A stretch of 64,000 nt of DNA from Klebsormidium nitens (Eukaryota; Plantae; Klebsormidiophyceae): contig DF237465.1 of the NCBI GenBank assembly GCA_000708835.1, forward strand, positions 1-64,000, given 5' to 3'. The translations under genes were made by a program, and so were the position numbers. Shown piece after piece: positions 12,266 through 23,200 of the stretch (position 1 is the stretch's first letter; each line of letters begins with the position of its first letter). The notes under the pieces are model-generated. The model searched no databases. It had not been told where the DNA came from and worked only from the letters and a program-made list of their open reading frames with translations.

Positions 12266-15056
12266 ATTTCTGAGAGGGACGTGAGAGCCTATATCCGCAG
12301 TGGACTAAATTAGCACTGTTGGGTTGCTTCAAGCAGGTTCCCTGCGTTGGCGTAGCACGCGGCGGGATGGTAGCTAGGAAAGGTTGGACTTGGTGTGAAA
12401 GAATGGACTATAAGGGACGCGCTGGACGCTGCTCTTTGTATCTACTGATTAGCCACAGCTCTTAGCTGCTCGGAAACAGCAGGGCCGTTTGGAGCTGAGT
12501 GTGGATGAAGATCACAATCTGGATCGGAGGAATTGGTTGAAGGAGCTGGAGCTGCTGTTGTAACTTTTGTAGCTACGACGCTCTTTTTGGAGCTTATATA
12601 TCAGAAGCTGGAGATATTGGATCCGCCCAGCTGGTTCCATAGTAAGACTCGGAAAGACTTGGTCAGATTAGCCATGACTGCGTGCTGCAGGGTTTGACCG
12701 CAATGCATGTGGCAGAGCACAGGTCTTTCCAGGAGTCCGGTGCACTGCAGTAATGCCAGCCATGCGACGTCCCACCGTTTGCTTTCTAATCTTAGCTGGT
12801 CTTTGCAGGGAACTTCACTGTCAGGAGCATGAGCTCACCCCAGCATATTGAACCTACGCAAAACTTACGTCACAAGAGGTACTATCCTGATCTGCATGAC
12901 GTGTGCTCTGAAATCATAGAGTGAGACTCAGTCTTGCTGCTTGTGGGGCCGTGTGCGTCAACCCGGCGTCTTCAGAACTCAGGTTGCCAAGCCTAAAGTT
13001 GACCCTGACTTTTGATTCGTGAGGCGGCAGCTTCCTGTGAGATGCGCAGCGCAGACAGAAGTTTGACCTTCTCGATTGTCGCATTAAATGCTTCCGGTGA
13101 CATCATCCGACGGCTCGCGCGCAGGTTGCGACGGTATGACGGAGGGTGCTGACAAGGACAGGCACATGCCCCGCCGAATACGACCTTGGTACAAAGTTCA
13201 AACCTGCGATACGTTTTACGTACCGCACCGCACTGAGCCTCCGATCCCGGCCATGCCAATGCCAGTGGATGCCGCCGCGCGCGCCCGCGCACTCAGACGG
13301 CGCTTCTGCGTACACGTACTGCAACTTGCAAGTAGTTACATAGCGTTGCATCTTCGCGGCCACATCTGAATCCGTCATAATAGACCTGGCACGGGTCAAG
13401 TCGCGACTCTGCACTCCCTGAATAAATGTGCACGGTTCCACATGTGACTAAAGTGGTCGTCCCGGCCCAGCTCGCTCGTCAGGCAACGTCGAGCCGGCAA
13501 CATCCACATTATACTGATTACAAGGACGTCAGCTTTAATATCGGACTCGAGCTCGGAACGTTTCGTTGTGAATGCAAAACTTTGGCAAAACTGCGTGTAT
13601 AATGTCCGGCTCACTACGTACTCATTTCTTTACAAGCAGTGGTTTTGGATTGACAAATGAATTGTTTCCAAACGTAGACTTCAAAAGCCCGATTAGTAAG
13701 GAGAATTAGATGTTAGAATTGATCAAGCGACCTACTCGAATTAGAGGATATATGGGAGCCATGCACCCAAGAGGCTAGAACCACGAAATACCAGTGATGA
13801 GGAAACAGATTCTTCATGAACTAGACTCAAGCCAAGTACTATCTAGCTACATGCCTGGTTGTCCATGCGTTTCAGCAATCGGCTCTCGCTGAGTCAATGC
13901 TTGGAGCTTGTCATAACAGCTTATAGTCAAAGAATAAAGGTTCGGTCGCGTAGATATTCAAGTGCAGGTCTTTCAAGTCCTCACGGTGGCGAGGATTCCG
14001 AAGTTGATTGCTTGATCGATCTGGAAGCGTCTAAATGAGTTTCATGTTGGGTGAGGGAGGCCTTAGAGGGCTGCGGTACATGACACCGCATGCGCATGAA
14101 AGACGCAGAGAACGCCGAGAGAAGGGCCGGGGTTGTTAGGTTCCGGCAGTAAGACATCAAGAAGCTGATCAGCGCGCCCCAAAGTCTAAACATGTAGCTT
14201 CGGATTGGATACCCTGTCTGGCCTTCGCTTCTGATGCACTATATAACTGAATACCACCTGCTTTCCTTTGAAACCCAAAGGACTCCCTTCGACCTCGCCC
14301 ATCGACGGGCGCAGAAGGGGAACAAATTGCGGGAGGCGGGCTAGGAAAGTTGAAGACGCAAGCAAGGGACGGATGAATGTTTCTTCATTGCGGGTCCTTG
14401 CTTGTCAAATGTGCAGATTGATCATATCCAAACGCTTTTGCACTGACGAGTCGCCACAAATACACAATCCAAGAGGAAGCTGTATGTAAATTGCGAATCC
14501 TTATCGTTCGTGCGCGCGAGTGATCCCCAGCAGATAGAGAACCAAGCTTGAGTCCATTGATCTTCCTTTTGCGTCTATTCTTTCCGGGTGGCGAAAAGTC
14601 ATTGGCGTTAGCGGTCGGCCTTGAGGCAAAATACGTGAACGGGAAAGCGCAGGGGCAGGGACTGTAGTCGGCCACGTCCGAGCACGGTCAACGTACCAGA
14701 GATGATCTCACTTTGTAAACAGAGGTGTCTTTAATCTAACTCTTGTAGACGCGCTTCAAAGCGCTTGAAGCCCCCTCGAAAGAAACGATTTCTCCGGTCT
14801 ACAATTTCCATGAACTCTTTCTGACAGCCAATAACTTACACCTCACTCACTCACTCACTTACCTAAATCACCGCGTCTTTCAGTTAGACGGGTACGTCAC
14901 GCCGGGTCCGCACCCCGTGTCAGCGGTACCGACCGCGTTCCCGGACGGCGGAAAGTTCTGCTTGATGCCTTCGATTGCTGACGCCTCCGCATTGAATGCG
15001 ACTTGAAGGATGCTGGTGGGAACACCGGTGGGCAGGAAGAGCGAACTGCCGATTCT

Positions 15057-15500
15057 CTGCAGGGAATGGGAAGGATCTGAGACGCACGATCATAGAGTGG
15101 ACGGTTTGCAGGACTCGGGCCGGTGGAGATGCTAGTTCGGACGCCAATGGGCAGAAAGAGCGCGCTGCCGCTTCTCTGGATAGAAGGCGAAGGATGTGAG
15201 CCGCAAGTTTGACGAAGCTTTAGAAGGACGATGCGATCGCGCGAGAATTTAATGCGAATGGGATGCCGGTGGGCAGAAAGGGCGTGCTGCGAACTCTGCA
15301 AGAAGCGGTGGATGTGAGCACCACGATTGAAGGAGCGTTTTATCAGAAGTTTGTACATGGGCCGAAAGTTGATGTCAGTGGGCACGAATATCGCGCTGCC
15401 GCTCCTCGGACGATTGCAAATGGGCAGAAAGAAAGGAGAAAGAAGTGCTGGTGGGAAACGCCGGTGGGTAGGAAGAGCGCGCTGTCATCTCTCTGCAGAG
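15057..15500 (-). repeat. Tandem decayed copies of the intron5/exon6 junction of germin-like C
   Basis: Acceptor G at 15057 (real), 15176, 15296, 15407 (AG lost) and 15493. Each is followed by a variant of AGxxxxGCAGCGCGCTCTTCCTGCCCACCGG. Confidence 0.85.
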
Positions 15501-15833
15501 AAGGCGGATTTGGAAGTTAGGCAACAAAATCCGTAAACTCCGTTTTCTCGGACGATTCACCATACGAAGTAAAGCTAACCCCACAGCCGCAGAGAATAGG
15601 GCGGAAGAAGGAGAGCCTGCCTCCTGGTCGATTTTTTTCCGCTCGAACGCTTGATTGAAGAAGAAAAAGGCGCCTGACTTGTTAAGTGACTCACAGGTTC
15701 GACACACAATGAAAACGCTGGCATTGATGAAGGGCGCACAGCGCTTCGCGCACGCGCGTGCGCCTGCTTTCGATTCGACCGCATGATCAAAATCTCTAGA
15801 GTACTCAAGGCATGTCCATAGGATCGTTCAGGA

Positions 15834-16071
15834 GATCCTTGCACTTGATCGTTCATTCCCGAGCGCTCTGTTCAATATCACCACTGCAAGACTGCCAATC
15901 TATCGAACTCAGAGCGGGCGGGTAAAAACAAGCTCGCGCTCCTGTTTCCCCACGCGACCACCTGATCATAAACCTGGTACTCAAAAAAATATCCGGCTCA
16001 TCTTAGAGGTCCTTGGACTTGATCGCTCTTTCACAAGCGCTCTGTTCAGCTTCACCATCGCAAGACTGCCA
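15834..16071. repeat. Direct duplication with 174-bp period
   Basis: agcgctctgttca at 15862 and 16036, and gcaagactgcca at 15886 and 16060, with similar flanks. Confidence 0.75.
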
Positions 16072-16478
16072 GAAGAGGTAAGAGGGAGAACATGGATTCC
16101 CGGCCAGCTTGTGCAATGTGATGAACCCCCTTGGGTATAACACCCCCAGATTGACCATTCGGCCCGACAGTGAGTGTCGCAAAACTTGCCTACTTGGATC
16201 AAGGCTGTTTGGTTGCACAGCCTAACCAGAGCAATCACTGTGAGCCTTTTGGTACAAGGGTTTGCGGGAAGCTGGCCTCTTCTAACGACTTTACGACTTT
16301 CTGGTTAAGTGTGCAAAGCCTAGCTAGCACATACACCTGTTTGGAGGCCATTCAGAACCTGCATATTCAGTGACATAGAGAATCAAAGCCTTGTCAGGTT
16401 GACCCACATATTGGAGCGATTCTTCGTGCAAAGAAGCTGGAGACACCTTTCCTGACATATTGCTTTGTGGTTCTTCAG

Positions 16479-16561
16479 ACCCCTCCACACCCATCCCCGC
16501 GCAACAGAGATCCTGTACGTTATTGAGGGCCAGCTGTACGCCGGCTTCGTTGACACCAACA
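16479..16561 (+). CDS. Inverted exon 4 of germin-like C ([28 protein letters not shown])
   Basis: ttcttcag|...aaca|gtgagt. It is 83 nt, identical in length and phase to exon 4 of copies A and B. Confidence 0.92.
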
Positions 16562-17097
16562 GTGAGTTCCGCCCACCATACCCGGCTGATTACAATCGTT
16601 GTGCTAACGACAGTTGTTTAAGTGTCGAAGAACGGTTTTCGGTTGCCTTAATAAACATATGTGCGTTTACAATGGTCCTTCACTTTTCCGACAACGTCTC
16701 ATCACCGACCGTGACATGTGCTTCGCTCAGTTTCCCTTTGATCGTCTGAACTAGCCTTGCTCCCTCTTTCCATTCAACTCCTGCATATAAGGGGAGCTTT
16801 TATATATGGGACTTGGGTAGAAGGCCATTCTCCGGATTGCCTACAGAACCACATGATAAAACCCGATGCTGTTTTATTTCGACTAAGATGAGACCGCCTC
16901 CGGCCTTCCTCTCTCTGTCACGGTACCTGGTGCCGATAAAGGGCTTGTCTGCCAGAGCCTGCTTCAATGCTGACGTCGTCTGTAGGATACGCTACTGTGA
17001 ATAAGGCTGGGCTCGACGTGTCCCTCTTCCCTTAGGCTCGTTTTGAACGCAGTCTCGCAAGCAATATGCTGACGTCGTCAATCCCCCTGTCCTGCAG

Positions 17098-17237
17098 ACA
17101 CTCTCTACGCAACGACGCTGAACGTGGGTGACGTGTTCGTCTTCCCCCGCGGTCTGATCCACTTCCAGCAGAACACCAGCCCGGACAATCCTGCCAAGGC
17201 GCTCGCGGCGCTCAACAGCCAAAACCCAGGAACGCAG
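17098..17237 (+). CDS. Inverted exon 5 of germin-like C ([47 protein letters not shown])
   Basis: cctgcag|...acgcag|gtgagc. It is 140 nt, same as copies A and B. Confidence 0.92.
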
Positions 17238-20200
17238 GTGAGCCGAAGGATCAAATTCTGCAAATAGTCCAGATGACGTCACACGTTTGACCGGACCGGC
17301 CTGGATGCAGATTGACAGAACGGAACGGAACCGAACGGAACGCACCTTGAGGAGAACATGGACTCCCGGCCAACTCTGGACAGGCCTAGACGGGGTCAAC
17401 GGTCTAAATGCAAAGGCTAACTAGACTGGAAAGAAAAAGCCAGTAAGATTGAAGCACCACCAAGGTCAGGGGAACGTTCCTATCTAGGTCAAAAAAGTTG
17501 GAAAAAGGAAACATCTGTAGAAACACACGGTAACTCACACTTGGCCGCACGGCGCATAGTTATAGAAGGCGGCTGAGATGCCTTGGGACCTGCAAGGAGT
17601 GGCAAGCTTTACTGCCCATTCAGCGTGGCTACGCTTAAATTCACCATGACACAAGATGTGATGTAGGATAAGCCTAGGGCCCATGACTGGCCTAGCGCCA
17701 ACATAGGAAGAGTTGATAAAGGGACTTCCTTACGGGCAGTCAAGAAGCAAGATCAGACAAGTTGAGAGTCGACATCAGACAGATTGATTGGTCCACAAAA
17801 GAACTATCTACCACAATGAAGAGCCCTGCATTGCACAGCATCTGTCTGCAGAAACATTGTGTCTCAATGCTAAGCGATTTCCTAATGGGAGTGAGGCCTT
17901 ACGCGAGAGCAGGGAATGTTGCGGCGATGGCAGGCTTGGCGGCGCTGCCCTGGCCTGACGTCACATTGACGTTGTTGAGACCACGGAAGGCAAAGTTGGC
18001 GCCAGTCACTGCAGCCCACCAAGCAACATTGAAGCTCATGACATCCAGAAGTTGGGGTCAATGCTGCTGGTAAAAGCATTTTACCTTTGTCTTACTTGCC
18101 AAAGGTGCCCTTACTTTGAAACCCGGTGAATTGTCGCATGCAGGTGGTCAATGGCAGACCGGGTTGTGTCAATGCAGCTCTAGTAATTTGCTTGCAAACT
18201 TATTGCTTTCTGATCCACGTTTCATATACACAGCCTTTGGACTTCAGCCTGAGTGAATGCAGATATGCCCAGCATTCAGGAAGAGTTGATTACGTATGAC
18301 AGTCTGACAACTCTTTTTTTTGCAGAGCTGAGGCATGCTGCATTGCTCGGCTCCTTAAAACGTTCGAGAATGCCCTCGGTATCATATGGCGCCTCAACTT
18401 TCTCACCTGGGGCCCCATTGGCTCCGGAAAGGATGAAGTCTGCGACCGGGTCTGGGTCCGAAGCAGACGCCACAATGGCGACCACTGACAGGACCAGTAA
18501 CGCCAAGCTAGTACCATAGCTCATAGCCATAATTCTGACTTGAAATAGAATTCAAGAAGCTACAAGGGACGGTGCCCCAGCTAAACTCTCTTCTCAGCTG
18601 AAGCTGAAGTTTGCTCAATAGTCCTGACTGCAAGCTGATGAAGCTGGACGTACGTGTTGAGACAAGTCGAAACGCGGGCAGCCTCCACGCCTCAGGGAGC
18701 CAGCCCTGTAGGAGCTGTTCCGTGTATTTTACACCTACACGTTCTGGCTGGCGCCTTCAAGGTGTTCTGGGAACTGACGTGCAAATGGCGGTGCAGCAAG
18801 TGCTGAGCGAATGTGGAATCTAGCTCTCTCTCGACATTTAGGTAGAATCCTGCAACCTGCAAGCCAAATTATTCGCAAACAAGTTACCTGGCATTGGCTA
18901 GCAGCAGAAGCCCAAGCTTCCTTCCACCAGCGTGTAGGAGGACGCCAAATGGAAGCTCAGAGCGCGTCCGTCGCTTTGGCCTCCGAATCCCGATCTGCAC
19001 TCTGCGCACATACCGGGGGCGGTCGTATAAGACGTCACTGCTGGCGACTCCGTAGATTGAGTTCCGCCGCTCGGAGTCGCCGCCGTCCACGCGCTGGATT
19101 GCAGGAGGTCAATGATTGGATGCTTCCGTGGCAGGCAATCATTGATTGATGAATTTCCGATCGGACTCGATCCGGCGCCGACTCCGGCCGCTATCCGGCC
19201 GCTATGCGGCTATCGCCCCTGCGCCCCGGCCGATCGCTGATGGTTTCTTCCGTGATCGTCGACGGGCCCATGAATGATCATCCGAACGCCATTCCGACGA
19301 GACGACGAATGGGCCAGTAGATTCCTTATCATTCTTCTTCTGGATGGTTGTCGAACGACGGATAAGTGGAATTAAGCCCGTTGTGTACGTTGTCGATGGA
19401 CAAAGGGGTATATGAGGCTCTTACAAGTGCGAGCTTGCATGGTGTGGAGACGGCGCGGCTCCCCCGTACATGACTTGGCATTCGCCGTCCAAAATCGTCC
19501 AACAATATACACGTCTTAAAGTCGACGGGAGGTCGAACTTGAGAACGTACTCGACTCAACCACGTCGTCACCTTGAAAAGGATACGGAAAGACCCATCTC
19601 GGCAATCAATCCACGCGACCAATTAGTGCGGCGCACTGTGGACCCGGACAGTCGGACAATGCTGTGAAACAAGGTAATGACCTGTTCTTGATCACGTCTT
19701 CATCCGGTGTTTCCTTCAGATGTTACTAATATTCTTTGCGACACTCAGGACTCGGAGCAATATAAACTTAGAGACTGTCATGAGATGATCTCTCATTCAA
19801 CAGCGACATACCAGTCAGGATACGCGGACGCGAAAAATCGGAATGAGTTGTGGGGCTTGTGGAGTCAACCCTCAGTTGAATCGGCAAAGGGCATTAAGAA
19901 CGAGACCCGCACAGTGACTCGACTTCGATCTGTTACATTGAGGTTGATAAGAGGACTTAGAACTTTTAAAGTCTTAGACGTATGCGTCGATAATGTGAGG
20001 ACAGGGTCGAGGACAAGGTCAGCTCTCGTTAGAGACATTCAAGATGCGAGTCGCTGCTTAAGAAGTGAAGTTTGTGCTGGCACATCTTTCGAAAGCTTAT
20101 CTGCCAGTCAGGCGAGTCGAAGCGCGACGTCGCCACCTGATTCACGTTAACCGTACCAGATGCTAAAGCCCCGCCTCTCCTGCCGCCACCTATCCTTATT

Positions 20201-20266
20201 TTTTATTTCAATGTTTTCTTGTAATGTGGTTCCAAATTAGCTCTTTATGCAGCACTCGTTCACCCG

Positions 20267-23200
20267 TTAGTCTGCATAGAAAGGCCAGTACAGCCCGCCG
20301 TTCTCGAGGTCCCAGATCGACCGGGCGAGCCTCACGGCCCCCGCCGATGCTGACGGGGCATCATGTTCTCCCTGCTCGCCTGCTGACGTGGCACTCTCTT
20401 CGGCTGCTGACGTGGCGCTCTCGTCGCGAATGCGCACCAGCCCAAGCGCGCACATCTCGCCCAGGAACTCCGTCAGCTCGTCGTCATCTCTTACCGTCAC
20501 CTCCGCGGTCAGGATGGCGTCAGGGCTGGCGTCACTCTTCTCTTCGTCAGTGACGTCAGCCTCCTCCTCGCCGGCAGGGACGCAGTCGAAGGGGAACTGG
20601 ACGCGGATGGTGCGCCGAACTGCGGCGACAATATTGTACATGGCAATCAGAAAAGGGGTCCCTGAGCCTTTGCGTAATCTAGAAGAGATTGTCTGATTGC
20701 TTTTTGGAAACAGCTTTCGTCAAGAAACGGCTTCTGTCCACTAGCCAGCTGAAAATGCTGCACGCGGCATCCATGATCATCATCTTTTAGGACGGACATT
20801 CTTTTCGTTCCAAAGAAAGCTGAGGACATGGCATTGAGGTCCAACCTAGCAAACATCACAGCATATGTCCTACCTACCGCGCTTTCAATATCAGGGCCGT
20901 AGCAGCTTTCACAAGTAACTTCTGCGACTGTCCTGACGGCAATCGCTTTTTCTGGCAGCCAGAGAAAAGCATTTGTTTATCCGCTGACGGAATCAGAGCG
21001 GAATGCGATCAGCTCTCGCACCGACTCCCTGAAGGTGTTCAGAGATGGGAAAGGCCCCCCAGACTTTTCTCGGACGCTAGGCAACCCTAAGAACAGCAGC
21101 CAGACACACTTTTTCGAAGCCGAGCCCGTTTCAGACCATTAGAGATGGTTAAAATTAAATTCCAAAATATCTGTGCCGTTAGGGAATTTCCGAAAAGGGC
21201 CTCACCCGCCAGTTCGTTGATTGCGCGCACGAGGCGCTTAGCGGGGCCTTTGGGCAGCCCAATCTCCTCGAAGTCTTCGGACGTCCAGTAGGGCAGGTCC
21301 GCGCCCGCGATCTTGGCCCTGCAAAGAAAACGGACGTCCTAATTCTGTAAGCTTTCTTTGCCGGCGATCCTTCGAGTATGACGGTAAAACACTTCGTGGA
21401 AATCCTCTCTTGAGCACGTGACCAATATTTGCTGACGTTTTGAGTGTTTCCTTCTTGCTTCTCGAAGCGAGAGAGCAAGTGCTGACGGAAAGCTGGTCCT
21501 TTTCTTGTAATTCCTCCCGTTAGTACTGGGAGGGAATCGACAAGCTTTTCTCTTCGACTAGATCGCGATGGCATGTCCGCCATCTCGAGTTCCCCTGTGA
21601 ATACGGTGGATTACCAGGAGACAGATTCATGCGTCTTCAGCCCGTTGAACCTAGAAACACACGAACACAAGAACAGCCCCGACTTTGACCAACTTCTGAC
21701 GTACGAAAAACTTTTTTCAGATTCTGGAAACGCGTCGAGATGTCGAGCGCCTGAATGAAAGGCCAGCGGGCTCACTTGAGGAAGCGGTGGACGTCCACCT
21801 TAGTTGTGAGGAAGCCTTGGTCCGCAGCCCACGTTACCACCTCCTGTGTGCTCCAGTCGCTCACCGGGTGTGAATGCGGGCTCAATGTTTCCTCTTCCTT
21901 TGCTTTCTTCTCTGCAGCGGGAAAGACAAACAAGAAGTGCCATTACTTTGCTTTCCGAGAAACCAAGCTAGCGCGGTCGATACAGAGGAAAGTACGTACT
22001 GCCGATGACAAAGAGTGGATCAGAAGAGCCGAGCGGATCAGAAGTGCCGACCGGATCGTTTGGCCCGATGGGCCGCGGATGGCTGATCTTCATGGCCTAG
22101 CAATCAACTGCCTTGAGACATTCAAAATGCTTCTCAATTTGGTAGCAAGATGGAAAAGGGAGACAAGCCCAGTGCACGAAGTTGAATATCCTTTAATGAA
22201 GCATATACACACGAGAGAAGCGGAAGTAACGGAGGCTGCATGGTCAAAATGTGCACCGAATCCTTCGACGACACCTTGCCTCAAGTCCTCGAAGGCAATG
22301 CCGTCGGGCCCAGTACGATACATCCTGGCTGTCCAGTCGATGCAAGGTCAAACCAATCTGATGAGTTTTAAACAGCGCAAAGGCAAGACTTCTAAAATAA
22401 AACTCGTGGGTTCCAATCGCTCCTGCTTTTACAAACACCTACTTTGCCTCGACTGAGAGGAAAACTTCCGGGACCGGGAGCTCAGTGCTAAATGGTAAAC
22501 TATCTAGAATCTGTGCCGTGCTGCGGCCACATCATCCAGGCCGTTTCTTTCCATCAACAATGCCGTTGGCCGGCAGAAATTCGAAAGGTCTCTGAATCTG
22601 TGGTCCCGACAGCGGTTTAAGTCATCTTTTTGAGGCTATCCAGGCCCTGAGGGGTTTCCTAGAAACGAAGAACTCTTCGTCGAAGCAGTCTCAAGAAGCT
22701 CTCGAAATTTCATCTAAATATTTTGTTTTCAACGGAAAGATTCAAAAAAGGCCAGAGGTCGGAGTCGAGGACAGTCTGCATCGGACAGTCTCGAGTGCCC
22801 TTCGAAAGGACCTTTTCGACGCTATCCTTCTCAAACAATTCAAAGTAGGTCACAGAGCCACAGCACAGCTAATTCAGCACTGGACTCGAGCTTTGTTGAT
22901 ACCACGTGCTTTCTCGCGGCCGGTAAATCGAACGGCGGATATTTCCAGGATTCAGATCCAGAACTCTAGTTCAAGTCTGATGAACAAGGAACTTCTGATG
23001 AACTCGAGCTAATGAAAAGCGAACCACTTGTGACGCACTCAACTAAGTGATTACAAACTTTGAAAGCACGAGAAGAAACGGAGTCACCCAGACTTGGACG
23101 GCCCCGAAATTGACGGTGGTCCGGATAACCCGCCAGCACTGGGGCGCATTGGGCGTCCAAGTTTTCTATCCATTTTCTCAAGGACATTACTGAATACAGA

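Larger units (their letters stand above)
14880..18530 (-). pseudogene. Germin-like protein C with internally inverted exons 4-5 (226 aa if re-inverted); minus-strand exons 18530-18407, 18008-17903, 17589-17539, 15056-14880
   Basis: Exons 1-3 and 6 are on the minus strand with the same lengths (1-3) and phases as copies A and B. No exon 4 or 5 is present on the minus strand between 17538 and 15057. Both are found intact on the plus strand. It is called pseudogene only because the arrangement shown cannot be cis-spliced. Confidence 0.8.

Noticed and set aside
12990-14700. Short ORFs between germin-like B and C as a decayed transposon
   Set aside because: No DDE, RT, Rep/helicase or tyrosine-recombinase motif was recognisable, and no terminal repeats were seen.
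14842-14862. (CTCA)n microsatellite after the germin-like C stop
   Set aside because: It is an ordinary short simple repeat.
19300-20150. ORFs 19329-19622, 19470-19667 and 19707-20150
   Set aside because: No homology was recognised and no splice-consistent model could be built.
21755-22456. 233-aa plus-strand ORF as a possible recombinase or transposase for the nearby inversion
   Set aside because: It has no catalytic motif. It overlaps the SAM gene exon 2 and intron on the opposite strand, so it is a shadow ORF.
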